Shown one piece after another: positions 1 through 11,083 of a stretch of 64,000 nt of DNA. The DNA is taken from positions 352,001-416,000 of the forward strand of contig CAXXUA010000003.1 of the NCBI GenBank assembly GCA_963663765.2, written 5' to 3'. The stretch is from Candidatus Poribacteria bacterium. GTDB taxonomy: Bacteria; Poribacteria; WGA-4E; WGA-3G. Position 1 is the first letter of the stretch. Each line of letters starts with the position of its first letter. A program made the translations under genes and the position numbers. A model generated the notes under the pieces. It saw only the letters and a program-made list of their open reading frames with translations. It was not told where the DNA came from and did no database searches.

Positions 1-476
1 TACCTGAAACGGTTGAACCTTTTATCCGTACAAATCTACACGTTGTCCCTGAATCAAAAAATATAAATACACTCCTGAAAGAAATTCAGAATACCCAGCA
101 TACGATGGTATTTGCTGTTGATGAATACCGTGGTGTCGTAGGACTTGTGACCGTTGAAGACCTGATTGAAGAAATTGTTGGTGAATTTGCTGACGAACGC
201 GATCACCCAGATTTCATTCAATTAATAGCACCAGAAATTCTTGAATGCGACGGTAGAACCGAAATAAATGTGTTAGAAGAAAATTACGGTTTATCTATTC
301 CTCACGGAGAAAATTATAAAACAATTGCTGGCTATATTCTTGAACGGACTGGCACAATCCCAGAAACAGGCACGGAATTAGAACTTGGTGATGCTGTTAT
401 CACCATTTTAGTTGCTGATAAGCGAGCGATACAGAAAATTCGCATTCGACGACGACTCGGAAGATTTAACACCTAA
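1..476 (+). CDS. HlyC/CorC-family CBS-domain transporter-associated protein (5' partial)
   Basis: AVDEYRGVVGLVTVEDLIEEIVGE CBS motif followed by CorC_HlyC domain (TIAGYILERTGTIPETG); frame open from window start. Confidence 0.85.
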   Translation, partial: PETVEPFIRTNLHVVPESKNINTLLKEIQNTQHTMVFAVDEYRGVVGLVTVEDLIEEIVGEFADERDHPDFIQLIAPEILECDGRTEINVLEENYGLSIPHGENYKTIAGYILERTGTIPETGTELELGDAVITILVADKRAIQKIRIRRRLGRFNT

Positions 477-501
477 CTGTATTTCAGATGGTACATTTTT
501 A

Positions 502-1248
502 CTACAGAATTCCAAGAGGCGGCATCACAACAACTTCCTCAGTCACCATACCCAACGGTTGTTGGCATACAGACAGAACAACATTCGCCACATGTTCAGG
601 TTTCAGCATCTTTTCAAAGTCGGGATGTTGTGAAATATCATCCCAAAAAGGTGTCTCAACGGAACCGGGTAAAACCGCTGTAACCCGGACATTCTGCTCC
701 CGTACTTCTGCAGCCAGCACCTTCGTTAAAGCAAGCGCACCTGCTTTTGCTGCACAATAAGCACCTGATGCTGGAAAAGCAACTTTCGCAGCGATTGATA
801 GCACGTTTATAATTTGACCCCCATCCTGTTTCAATAGATGTGGCAGTGCGTATTTCGTACAAAGAAAAACCCCTTTCAAATTAGAGTTGATGACACTGTC
901 CCAATCTGCTTCGTCAAAATCGGTAACGTTCCCAAAAATACCGTTTCCCGCGTTGTTTATCAAAATATCCAAATTTTGGTAGGCATCCACTGTACTTATG
1001 ATTAGATTCTTAACCGCGTCAATATCAGTAACATCAGTTGGAATGGCGGTTGCGTCCGCGCCTGTGTTTCTAATATCCGATGCTACCTTTTCAACAACAT
1101 CGCGTGTACGTGCAGCTAAAACTATCTTTGCTCCTGCATCAGCTAAGGTAAACGCTATCGCTTTGCCAATCCCTTTTGATGCACCAGTAATAATAGCAAC
1201 TTTTCCTTCAAGACTATATGGTAGTGTGTTGTTTGCAATGTTTAGCAT
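502..1248 (-). CDS. SDR oxidoreductase, sepiapterin-reductase-like
   Basis: TGASKGIG, NNAG and YCAAK motifs; C-terminus PGSVETPFW...EEVVVMP resembles Chlorobium-type sepiapterin reductase as recalled; third gene of a pterin operon. Confidence 0.8.
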   Translation of the reverse strand: MLNIANNTLPYSLEGKVAIITGASKGIGKAIAFTLADAGAKIVLAARTRDVVEKVASDIRNTGADATAIPTDVTDIDAVKNLIISTVDAYQNLDILINNAGNGIFGNVTDFDEADWDSVINSNLKGVFLCTKYALPHLLKQDGGQIINVLSIAAKVAFPASGAYCAAKAGALALTKVLAAEVREQNVRVTAVLPGSVETPFWDDISQHPDFEKMLKPEHVANVVLSVCQQPLGMVTEEVVVMPPLGIL

Positions 1249-1291
1249 GGTTTATAAAAAATTAAGTGTACGGGATGTGTCTACTAACTGA

Positions 1292-1900
1292 TTATGAAAC
1301 TTGGATACATCTCAGAAACTCAGCGCGGGTTGAACTATCTTCCCGAAATGTGCCACGCATAGCATTTGTTGTCATCTTTGAGGCTTGCTTTTCTACACCA
1401 CGCGCCATCATGCACATGTGTTGTGCTTCCATGACAACCCCAACACCTGACGGCTCCAAAGATGCTTGCAATGCCTCAGCAATTTCGCGCGTTAAGCGCT
1501 CCTGAACCTGCAAACGACGCGCAAACATATCAACAATTCGTGGGATCTTACTCAGTCCAATAATCCGTTTTTGTGGAAGATAACCGACATGACACCTACC
1601 CCAAAAAGGTAAAATGTGGTGCTCACACAGACTATAAAACTCTATATCTTTGACAATAACCATCTCATCACAATCTTCGTTAAAGATGGCTCTATTTAAT
1701 ACCTTCTCAATGTCCTGATGATAACCACTCGTCAAAAAAGATAACGCCTTAGCAGCACGCAAAGGTGTTCTCAATAATCCTTCACGATTTGGATCTTCTC
1801 CCAGATTATCAAGTATCTGTAAATAGAGAGACTCCAAAGATGCTGTCTGATTAGACAATTTCTGCTTATGATCTGCTTCAGTTTCCAGTTCAGTTTTCAT
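1292..1900 (-). CDS. folE: GTP cyclohydrolase I
   Basis: [51 protein letters not shown]. Confidence 0.97.
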   Translation of the reverse strand: MKTELETEADHKQKLSNQTASLESLYLQILDNLGEDPNREGLLRTPLRAAKALSFLTSGYHQDIEKVLNRAIFNEDCDEMVIVKDIEFYSLCEHHILPFWGRCHVGYLPQKRIIGLSKIPRIVDMFARRLQVQERLTREIAEALQASLEPSGVGVVMEAQHMCMMARGVEKQASKMTTNAMRGTFREDSSTRAEFLRCIQVS

Positions 1901-1903
1901 ATA

Positions 1904-2740
1904 TTATGAGGGTTCTCCATAGTAATCAAAATGATTTTTGGGTGTTTCTCGTAAACGCAAACGGTGCAGTACAACGGGTCGTAAATTCTGTTCTAATACG
2001 TCCCAAAGCACTTTCACGAAATTTTCAGATGTCGGATTTAACGTCTCAAATTCTCGTGTATCAAGATTTAGGTGTTTGTAATCAAAACGCTCAAAAACCT
2101 GCTTTTCAACAACCTTGTCAATTTGGTTCAATCCTGCTACCAATCCAGTTTTCACATCTACATCGCCTTTGACAGTGACTTCAAGCACATAGTTGTGTCC
2201 ATGTCCTGCGGGATTATTGCACTTCCCAAAGACATCTTGATTCTCCGCATCACTGAGCTGATGACTATGTAAGCGGTGCGCTGCACTAAACTCATAGACC
2301 TTGGTGAGATAAACCATCTGTCCTTCCCCATAGTAATCAGCAAATACCGTTGAATTCTCATACAACCGAACCCGATGAAGCAGTCCATCGGTCAGAGATG
2401 GAATAATTCGCTGCCAAATTTCAATCGAGATATTTTCACAAGTTGGCTGCAAATGCGGATTTTTAGCAAAAATCGGATGTTGACTGTTTAGGTGTTTATG
2501 GTCGTAATTCGCAATAATTTCAGACTTTAACAACACATCTAATGTCGTTAAATTGATGACCATTCCATCATCGGAATCTATATTTCCTTTAACCATCACC
2601 TCAAGCACGTAGTTATGACCGTGGCTATTCGGATTTGCCGAAGCACCGAACAACGCAACGTTTTCAGCATCGCTCAATTCAGGTATCCGATTGTAATGAG
2701 ATGCTTCAAATGCAATCTGCCGTGTTAAATAGTACATCAA
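1904..2740 (-). CDS. Dual-domain 6-pyruvoyl-tetrahydropterin synthase (PTPS/QueD superfamily)
   Basis: Two T-fold repeats; C-domain CNNPAGHGHNY (PTPS-II type), N-domain SANPNSHGHNY lacking the catalytic Cys. Confidence 0.9.
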   Translation of the reverse strand: MMYYLTRQIAFEASHYNRIPELSDAENVALFGASANPNSHGHNYVLEVMVKGNIDSDDGMVINLTTLDVLLKSEIIANYDHKHLNSQHPIFAKNPHLQPTCENISIEIWQRIIPSLTDGLLHRVRLYENSTVFADYYGEGQMVYLTKVYEFSAAHRLHSHQLSDAENQDVFGKCNNPAGHGHNYVLEVTVKGDVDVKTGLVAGLNQIDKVVEKQVFERFDYKHLNLDTREFETLNPTSENFVKVLWDVLEQNLRPVVLHRLRLRETPKNHFDYYGEPS

Positions 2741-2788
2741 TTCGGTTGAGATTGTTTAAAATCAGTAATTTTTTCAGAAAACGTCACC

Positions 2789-3184
2789 TTAAAGTCTACT
2801 AATCAGAAATATGATAATGACTGCTGTTGTTAATCCCGTTCCAGTCTTCATGCCAATACCTGCCCACCGAGATTGTAATCGTACAGATTCTGTCTTGTAT
2901 GCAGATACATATTTTTCAACATATTCAGGTGACTTTCCGAGTAGGTTCGGTACATTGTTGACAACTACTTCTGGTGGCACCTGTGATGCTTTTGTTACCT
3001 GGTTACCACCAACAATCCCCATAAAAAGCACACCGGTAACACATCCTTCAATAAACCATTTTGGACGTGGAACATCTCTTTGCGCATCTTGCTGTCCTGC
3101 CTCTATAGGAGTTATTTCACATCTACCTGATATAGTTATCAAACACATAGCGATTAATATCAAGACACATAAAACGCGTCGCAT
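2789..3184 (-). CDS. Small exported/membrane protein, paralog of 3260-3643
   Basis: Signal-like N-terminus, shared AG.xDA.xDVPRxKWF and LLGKxPxYV motifs, C-terminal TM. Confidence 0.65.
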   Translation of the reverse strand: MRRVLCVLILIAMCLITISGRCEITPIEAGQQDAQRDVPRPKWFIEGCVTGVLFMGIVGGNQVTKASQVPPEVVVNNVPNLLGKSPEYVEKYVSAYKTESVRLQSRWAGIGMKTGTGLTTAVIIIFLISRL

Positions 3185-3259
3185 TCCTACCTCGGTTTTC
3201 TTATGAAGTAAAGTTCTTAAATTTATGACTAAGGAAAATGTTCAGCATAATTATTCAAA

Positions 3260-3643
3260 TCAAAGTAAAACAAGAAAAGCGACAAGAAGAACGGTAGTTA
3301 ATCCACTTCCTGATATCCACCCATAATCCATCCATGTTAATCTCAAGCGCACCGATTCCGCTTGGTAGGACATAATATATTTATCAACGTATCCAGGTGG
3401 TTTTCCGAGCAAGTGTGGAATATTCTTCAACTCAACTTCAGGAGGATTTTTCGCATCACGTACTACAGTGTTATCTGAAAAGAAACAACTACCATTAATA
3501 CATCCTGCAAAAAACCATTTTGAACGGGGAACATCTTGTTCGGCATCTTTTAGTCCAGCTGCTATAGGAGCTAACTCACATATACCTGTTTTACTCATCA
3601 TGCATACAACAGATAAAATCAAAACACAAGAAATGCGCCACAT
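3260..3643 (-). CDS. Small exported/membrane protein, paralog of 2789-3184
   Basis: Aligns by eye with the neighbour over its full length. Confidence 0.65.
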   Translation of the reverse strand: MWRISCVLILSVVCMMSKTGICELAPIAAGLKDAEQDVPRSKWFFAGCINGSCFFSDNTVVRDAKNPPEVELKNIPHLLGKPPGYVDKYIMSYQAESVRLRLTWMDYGWISGSGLTTVLLVAFLVLL

Positions 3644-3738
3644 TTTCTACCGCCAGTCAAACCATGATAGTAGATTTAATGATTAACGATACATTCTAAT
3701 TGACTTACCTGCACAATTCTCTAACTTTTGCATGTAAG

Positions 3739-3932
3739 CAGGACTTACGCAGTTTTCTTGATTTAATCATAAACTATGACGAAAATGATGCCATTATCAG
3801 CGTTTTTATGGGTTTCCGGCGCGCTTACAAAGCACCAAATCAAGAAATCAACGGTATGAATGCCTTTTGGCATTCCCCGGGTATGAATGCCATTTAGGCA
3901 TTCACCGCCTACCGTTGTGTGCGTAAGTCCTG
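3739..3932. mobile_element. MITE with IS701-type ends
   Basis: TIRs CAGGACTTACGCA / TGCGTAAGTCCTG identical to the IS at 12148-13238; 5-bp TSD GTAAG on both sides. Confidence 0.9.
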
Positions 3933-3962
3933 GTAAGGTCATAATGTTCTTGACATTCAACC

Positions 3963-4247
3963 TTACAATTTTGCTGCAGAGACCAATTGATCATCAACAG
4001 ATTCGTATTGAACTGTCATAATCCATTCGCCTGTCCCTCTCAATTGTACATTACACTTTTTCAACCACTCAATGAGTGTTAGTTTGTCGCGAGCTTCCCA
4101 TTCGCACAACATTCTTCCGGACAACGTATCACACAACACACGAATATTGCTGACATCTTCGTTGCCTTCTTCCTGAAATCGCTGTAGCAGTCGTGTCACA
4201 TCTTGCCTCGTCATACAAGCAATTGCATGCACAGAAACATATCTCAT
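3963..4247 (-). CDS. Small hypothetical protein, DUF4242-like
   Basis: Likely start MRYVSVH; GRMLCEWEA motif resembles DUF4242 proteins. Confidence 0.5.
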   Translation of the reverse strand: MRYVSVHAIACMTRQDVTRLLQRFQEEGNEDVSNIRVLCDTLSGRMLCEWEARDKLTLIEWLKKCNVQLRGTGEWIMTVQYESVDDQLVSAAKL

Positions 4248-4309
4248 ATTATGATCTTTCGTATGTTGCAAGGAAAAGGGACGATAACTATACCGTCCCA
4301 ATCTCAAGT

Positions 4310-5158
4310 TTAATCACGGGCAATAGGCGCACCGACAAGATTTCCCCATTCTGTCCAGCTGCCATCATAATTGCGAACCTTTTCATAACCGAGTAGGTAT
4401 TTCAACAAGAACCATGTATGCGATGAACGTTCACCGATGCGGCAGTAAGCGATAGTCTCTTTGCTATCGTCAACACCTTCACCACCGTAGATGGATTGCA
4501 GTTCATCGTGAGACTTAAATGTACCATCTTCTGCAACTGCTGTTGCCCATGGGATGTTCGCAGCACCAGGGATATGCCCCCCACGTTGTGCAGTTTCGCT
4601 CATGCCCGGTGGTGCAATCACTTCACCGGTAAATTCTGCTGGTGAACGCACATCAACCAAGTTGATAACACCTTGCTCAAGTGTCGGCAGGATATTGTCC
4701 TTTGTTGCGCGGACGTTGTCATCAGGGAATTTCGCCTGATACCCAGTCGCAGCATAAGAAGGAACGTCTGTAACAAGCTTTCTACCTTCGTCTATCCATT
4801 TTTGACGACCACCGTTCATAACCTTCAAAAGACTTTCATCGTGTCCATAATAACGGAACTGCCACAACGCATAAGTGGCGAACCAGTTGTTATTATCACC
4901 ATAGAAGATCACAGTCGTATCATTCGCAATGCCACTGTCGTTGCAGAGTGCTTCAAACTGATCTTTAGTGAGAATATCGCGTCGGATTTGATCACACAAC
5001 TGTGTCTGCCAATTCAAACCGACCGCACCCGCAATATGTCCTTCTCCATACGCTGAGGTATCAACATCAACTTCAAGCAGACGGATACCAGCGTCACTTC
5101 CATGCTCCGCAACCCATTCTGTACTTACCAAAACATCAGGATTCGCGTAATCAGCCAT
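4310..5158 (-). CDS. Two-domain rhodanese / thiosulfate sulfurtransferase (CysA/SseA type)
   Basis: VLVSTEWV, GHIAGAV, GHIPGAANIPW, active-site YCRIGERS, NYDGSWTEW; RBS GGAGG. Confidence 0.95.
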   Translation of the reverse strand: MADYANPDVLVSTEWVAEHGSDAGIRLLEVDVDTSAYGEGHIAGAVGLNWQTQLCDQIRRDILTKDQFEALCNDSGIANDTTVIFYGDNNNWFATYALWQFRYYGHDESLLKVMNGGRQKWIDEGRKLVTDVPSYAATGYQAKFPDDNVRATKDNILPTLEQGVINLVDVRSPAEFTGEVIAPPGMSETAQRGGHIPGAANIPWATAVAEDGTFKSHDELQSIYGGEGVDDSKETIAYCRIGERSSHTWFLLKYLLGYEKVRNYDGSWTEWGNLVGAPIARD

Positions 5159-5348
5159 ATCTGTTTGTCCTCCTGTTACAAAACTTTTTTCTCAAATATA
5201 AAGAGAATCATGCAATACATAGCAAAATTCAAAATTACGTCTTCAATGTTAGATTCTCTTTATATTATACGCATTTGCGTGAAATTTGTCAAATATCGTT
5301 AGTATTCTATACATTGGTATACAATTGTCCAGTTTTTTCAGATATATT

Positions 5349-5492
5349 CAGGACTTACGTAGTCTCAAAGATTATCGTTGGATTTGAGAGTTGATATCGC
5401 ATATAATCATCCAATAAACTTTGTTTAAGTTCATAAATTGTTTTGCCAAGTTTACGCGCAACACGTTTCAAACAGACCCATATTTGAAAACA
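5349..5492 (-). mobile_element. Truncated right-end fragment of the IS701-family element
   Basis: Near-exact reverse complement of about 13093-13238, including the TIR. Confidence 0.9.
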
Positions 5493-5987
5493 CAGGACTT
5501 GATACCCTTTTGGGCAAAAATGATAAAGGCAGGTCGTCAGCTTGATAGGTCAAGGATACCACCCTACCGGACTATTACAATCCTATAGATGAGGGGGAGA
5601 CACCAGAAGGTGTAAATATTGTGAGAAAAGAGTCTCGTATTTGGGGTTTACGTTACGAAAAACCGAGCTAAAACATTTTAGTACCCTCCCTGTTTTTAAA
5701 ATCCAACTAAATCCATACCTATACAGACGTGATAACGAATTGGGATTTGAGACAAATACTAAAAAAGGAGACTTGTAGAGTTGTGCCGTAATTTTTTGAT
5801 GTAGTATACGATTTTTGAGGGTAGCCTCTAAAAAAACAATTCTTAGGATTATCCGTTTGAGCTGGAGGTATCCCAAAATACTCGGTTTTTTCAGGGTTAT
5901 TCAGTTTTAAGAATCTGTCGTTATGCCAGTTAACTTTGGGTTAAGATTAGTGAAATATATATTGATTTTTTATGGTATTTTTGTTTA

Positions 5988-6136
5988 TTGTCTGAACCAG
6001 GATTTTCAGGATTTACAGATTTTCGGGATTTACCTCATCAAGGGTTTTTGATATGCGTTTATGCTCTCTTTTGTAATAGGATTGGATGAGAATAATCTTG
6101 GTAATCTGCTAATCCTGAAAATCCTGGTTCAGACAA
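5988..6136. repeat. MITE-like element with ~25-bp inverted ends
   Basis: TTGTCTGAACCAGGATTTTCAGGATT ... AATCCTGAAAATCCTGGTTCAGACAA; related half copy near 9230. Confidence 0.75.
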
Positions 6137-6280
6137 AGAATGAGTTAACTCCACCCAAAAAACTAACTCAAGGATTAACGACTGTGATAGAATTTACTCA
6201 ATAAATTGAAAACTGAATAATCCTGCCACACAACAGCGTTTCTTGACATTTGAATGTCTCTGCATTTATCCCAAAATATA

Positions 6281-6329
6281 TTGACACGGACAACATATTA
6301 TGATAATATCACGATATTAGCTTAGGAGG
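6281..6329 (+). promoter_or_regulatory. Sigma70-like promoter and RBS of the mod gene
   Basis: TTGACA-17 bp-TAATAT, then AGGAGG upstream of ATG 6336. Confidence 0.55.
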
Positions 6330-6335
6330 ATATTT

Positions 6336-9197
6336 ATGGCAAGAAAAAAACGCACCACTCAAGAAAAAGATGTCCAAGATTACCGACACGACGCAAAACG
6401 AAAAAACAACCCATCCGCAGGCTTCGCAGCACAAGGAAAAATACACGAAAAACCGAAGCAGGAATACGTATACAACCCACACCTCCCGCCAAACCTCCGA
6501 TTTGACCCAAACGGTGATGCGGACAAACTCCCCAAACTACTTGAAGAAGCAGAGCAAAGACCGCTCACTGCTGAAGAAACAAAAACAATCGCAAACGCGC
6601 TAAGACACCATGAACCGTGGCTGGAATGGGCTGGTAAACAGGAGAAAAAATCCTTTGCCGTGGATCCAGTTGCGTTGCATATCCATGAACGCGTGAGTGC
6701 CAAGGCAATCTTGAAGATAGCAAAACGCGAAAACGTCCAACGAAAACTATTTGCCGATCCGCAGCTGACTTATGATAAGGCGTTGGATTTTTACCAACGT
6801 GACGTGGAGTGGGCAAACCGACTCATCTTGGGTGATAGTCTTACTGTTATGAGTTCACTTGCACATCGAGAAGACCTTGCAGGTAAAGTGCAGATGATTT
6901 ACATTGACCCTCCTTACGGCATCAAGTTTGCCTCCAACTTTCAACCCACCATCTTTCAACGTGAGGTAAAAGACAGAGAACAAGATTTAACTCGTGAATG
7001 CGAGCAGATAAAAGCATACCGTGACACGTGGACACTCGGTGTACATTCCTATCTCTCATATCTCCGAGAACGCCTATATATTGCAAGAGATTTGTTACAC
7101 AATAGTGGATGCATCTTTGTGCAGATTGGGGATGAAAATGTTCATCGGGTCAGGTGTATAATGGACGAAGTTTTTGGATCAGAAAATATGGTTGCTCAAA
7201 TCTGTTATAAAACGACATCTGGCAGACAAGCAAAAAGGATAGATCGTTTAGGCAATTATATCCTCTGGTTTGCCAAAGAGATTGAAAACGTGAAATACTA
7301 TAATCTTTTTGTTCATAAAGAAAACATTGGTAAATCTAATGTCCAGAAAGGAGATTTACAATCACAAGGTGAAAGTAAAAGTGGGTCTTATATAGTGGAA
7401 TTTGAAGGTAAAGAATATTCTACCCGTTCAGGAAGACATTGGGCAACTACTGAAGAAGGAATGAACCGCTTAATTCGCACTAATCGGGTACTTGCCACAG
7501 AAAATAATATAACATATAAACGCTTAAACACTGATTATCCGGTTGCATCGATTCCTGATGTATGGACTGACTTATCTGGAGGAGCTACTGGAAAAGTGTA
7601 TGTCGTACAGACAAATAGAAGAATTATTGAACGCTGCCTCCTCATGACCACAGAGCCTGGTGATCTTGTACTTGACCCAACTTGCGGGGGCGGTACCACA
7701 GCCTACGTTGCTGAGCAGTGGGGGAGACGTTGGATTACGGTTGATTCGAGTCGTGTGGCAATTGCCTTAGCAAGACAACGTCTATTGACAAGTACCTTTG
7801 AATATTACAAATTCAAGGATAAATCTAAAGGTATCACTGGAGGCTTTAAAAATAAAACGGTACCGCACATTACCCTCAAGAGTATTGCCCAAAATACCGC
7901 GCTTGACCCTATCTTCGCATAACATGAACCAATTCTCACAGAGAAGCTAGAGACGTTAAACAGCGCATTAGTAGATATTACGCCTGAAATCCGTACGACA
8001 TTCCTCACCAAACTGATAGAGAAAGAAACACACGAAGGGAAAAGGTCCATTACAGATGCAGATAGAAGACGTTGGCAGCTTCCCGATAAAGCATGGCAGG
8101 AGTGGGAAGTGCCTTTTGATACCGACCCCGATTGGCCTGAACCTTTACAAATTGCATTGACAGATTACCGTAACGCATGGCGTGCAAAGATGGACGAGGT
8201 AAATGAATGCATCGCCGCATCCTCCGAAGGTGAGGAATTAGTCAATCAACCAGAAGTGGACAGAAAGCGGATTCGTGTAAGTGGTCCTTTCACAGTAGAG
8301 GCGGTGCAACCTGCCGAAGAGTCGCTTGATGCTGATTCACCTATTGGCGGTGAACCTGAAGAGTCGACAGACACTTTTGAAGATGCAGAAGAAGGACACG
8401 AGGCAGTAAATGCAGAGGCATACCTTGATAAGATAATCCGTTTGCTTAAGAATGATGGTGTGAAGTTTCCAGATAACAAAACGATGAAATTCGCTACGCT
8501 TGACCCACTTGAGGGAGATGTCCTCCATGCTGAAGGGAGTTGGGAAGATGATGAAACGGAACGCCGCGTTGCAGTCGCTTTTGGTCCGCAACACGGACCT
8601 GTTACTGCCATGCAAGTTGAACAGTGTTTACGTGCAGCATATCGGTACGGATTTGATGACCTTGTTTTTACGGGGTTCAGTTTTGATGGTGCAGCACAAG
8701 CCGCTATCCAAGATGATCTTAATCCAAATGTTCGTGTCCACATGGCACATATCAACCCCGACGTAGCGATGGACGATCTGCTCAAGGAGACACCGACCAG
8801 TCAACTGTTTACCGTGTTCGGTTTGCCGCGTACGGAACTCAAAACAGCAGACAATGGCGAATTTACCGTTAAGATGGAAGGTGTTGACATTTATAATCCT
8901 GTGGACAACACAGTCAATTCCGCAGGTGCAGATAAGGTTGCAGCGTGGTTTATCGATTCTGACTATAACGGTCGGGACTTCTGCATCACACAAGCTTTCT
9001 TTCCCGACAAGAGTGCGTGGAATAAAATTGCCCGCGATCTCAAAGGCGTAATTGACCCAGAGTGTTTTGAGAGGTTTAGTGGCACAGAATCGTTGCCGTT
9101 TCCTGTGGGTGAGCATGCATGCGTTGCTGTCAAAGTAATTGATCCGCGCGGAAATGAGGTGATGCGTGTGCATAACCTACATGATGTGGCGTATTAA
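6336..9197 (+). pseudogene. mod: Type III R-M modification methylase with an in-frame TAA at 7920-7922
   Basis: IYIDPPYG and LDPTCGGGTT N6-MTase motifs; 528-aa and 362-aa ORFs share a frame and read through as FA*HEPILTEKL. Confidence 0.88.
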
Positions 9198-9323
9198 AAG
9201 TAGTAGGCACACGGCGTGTGCCGAAACCATTGTCTGAATCACGGATTTTCGCGGATTTTAATTTCTTTTGGAATAGTGGATAATGTGGTTGATTATTGTT
9301 ATGCAAATGATTAAAATTATTGC

Positions 9324-9545
9324 ATGAATCGAAGATAAGCCTTGCTTGACAAAGCACGGCGCAACCCAAATGGACTGAAATTTAGAGACTTTGAAAAGTT
9401 CCTACGTCAGTGTGGACGGACACAACGCCGGCAGCGGGGGAGTCACAGAACCTGGTAAGTACCGTCTCATTGTCCAACCAGAGCATTCTATGGCAAAGGG
9501 GTACCAAGTGCGACAATTTCTCAAACAATACAATCAGGAGATAGC
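9324..9545 (+). pseudogene. HicA-like toxin remnant
   Basis: MNRR*ALLDKARRNPNGLKFRDFEKFLRQCG, then GSH in another frame; directly upstream of the HicB-like gene. Confidence 0.6.
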
Positions 9546-9547
9546 AG

Positions 9548-9910
9548 ATGAAGAAGCATAACCACGATGATTTTGACGGTTTCATGGTAAATGTATTTTT
9601 CGATGAAGATGGTGATTATCTCGCACACCTCGTGGAACTCCCAAACGTCTCGGCTTTCGGACCGACACCTGCCAAGGCATTAGACGAACTAAAAACCGCA
9701 TGGGAATTGATAAAAGAATGTTACCAAGAGGATGGCGAACCCATTCCGAAACCACCTTCACGGGAGGGATATGAGGGACCTTTTAACGTACCTGTTGATG
9801 CGCAGCTTTATCATGCTTTAGCAGACGAAGCCGCGAAAGTAGAGATGAGTCTTTACGCGCTTGTTGCTCAAAAGTTGAAGTCAACTATCCCTACGTTAAA
9901 GAAAAGATAG
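9548..9910 (+). CDS. HicB-family antitoxin
   Basis: DEDGDYLAHLVELPNVSAFGPTPAKALDEL...GEPIPKP plus RHH-like C-terminus. Confidence 0.85.
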   Translation: MKKHNHDDFDGFMVNVFFDEDGDYLAHLVELPNVSAFGPTPAKALDELKTAWELIKECYQEDGEPIPKPPSREGYEGPFNVPVDAQLYHALADEAAKVEMSLYALVAQKLKSTIPTLKKR

Positions 9911-9913
9911 AAA

Positions 9914-11083
9914 ATGAGAAAATTTATAGTTTACTTACTGTTAGGTGTACTAATATCAATTGTTGTTGTTCCTTCGTTTGCACAGCAGAATCAGAATGCA
10001 CTACAGCAAGAAATTGAGTCACTCAAAAAACAACTCTCGGAAATCCAAGGCAAGCTTCAGACTGTGGAAAACGTTGAGAAGATGGAGTTGGCAGCGAAAC
10101 TTGCTGAGGCACAAGCCAAACTTGCTAATGCTGAGTTTGGTAAGTTTGAGCGGGAATTGCGGGATTATAATAATAAATGGCTGTGGGGATGGACTACATT
10201 TTTTGTAGCAATCGTAGCGATTGTAATTACGGTAATAGGGTTAGCTTTATGGTTTTTTGTTAAGAAATTGATAGCAGATAGGGTTGAAGAACGGCTTAAT
10301 GGATTTAAGGATGCTATTAAACAAGTAAACATATTGGAAGGTCAAATAAAATTATTGAATAAAGATCAAGCAGTATCTAAATTAGAGGCTACTTTTCAAC
10401 CTGATTTTGGGAGTGGACTTGGTTTTCCCAGAGAAAATGAGGCTCGCCGAGAGAAAGCTCTTTTGGAACTTTCACAAAAAGTTCTTTTGGATGTATTTGA
10501 GGATAAAAAATATCTCCTTGCACTCAGACATAAAGCTGCGGAAGTTTTAGCTCAGAAGTCTCCGCCACTGGTTGCACCTTTGCTGCAACTCTTAAATTCA
10601 GAAATTGATGTTGATTCAAACATTTCTGCTGAAATTGGACAAAGAACATTACGCGAATCTATAGCCGTTCTTAGCGGAGTAGAAACACCAGAAACCTACA
10701 AAGGTCTAACGAAATTTTTGAACCGTTTGCTGACAGAAAACCTAGAACATAAGGATGCTTACTTAACTTGGACAGTGTTTGCACTTGCTTATGTCAGTGA
10801 TGGGTTAGATAACAGAGAATCACTTCCTATACTGAAAAATGCAATACCTTTTTTGGAGAATCCTGGTTTTAATCGTGAACCATTAAAAGATTTAATTAAG
10901 TTTTTTGATAAAAATAATGATCTAGGAGGAATTAAGGAAATCCTAAATCACCATGCAGCTGGAAAAATGCCTGAGTTAGAAGAAAAATGCTTGGAGTTAT
11001 TGCAAAAGCACGATCCCGACTTTGTTAAAGAATGGAAAGCAGAAAAAGAGACTGCTAACACAGAAAACGAGGAATCTTCATGA
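9914..11083 (+). CDS. Hypothetical membrane protein (signal peptide, coiled coil, TM, helical-repeat C-terminus)
   Basis: 389-aa ORF with a hydrophobic N-terminus and an internal TM segment. Confidence 0.7.
   Translation: MRKFIVYLLLGVLISIVVVPSFAQQNQNALQQEIESLKKQLSEIQGKLQTVENVEKMELAAKLAEAQAKLANAEFGKFERELRDYNNKWLWGWTTFFVAIVAIVITVIGLALWFFVKKLIADRVEERLNGFKDAIKQVNILEGQIKLLNKDQAVSKLEATFQPDFGSGLGFPRENEARREKALLELSQKVLLDVFEDKKYLLALRHKAAEVLAQKSPPLVAPLLQLLNSEIDVDSNISAEIGQRTLRESIAVLSGVETPETYKGLTKFLNRLLTENLEHKDAYLTWTVFALAYVSDGLDNRESLPILKNAIPFLENPGFNREPLKDLIKFFDKNNDLGGIKEILNHHAAGKMPELEEKCLELLQKHDPDFVKEWKAEKETANTENEESS

Noticed and set aside
1904-2740. queD (queuosine pathway)
   Set aside because: Motif spacing is CxxxxxHGH (PTPS-II), not CxxxHGH, and no que genes are adjacent
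5583-5876. 97-aa minus-strand ORF
   Set aside because: AT-rich intergenic sequence with no RBS or recognisable motif
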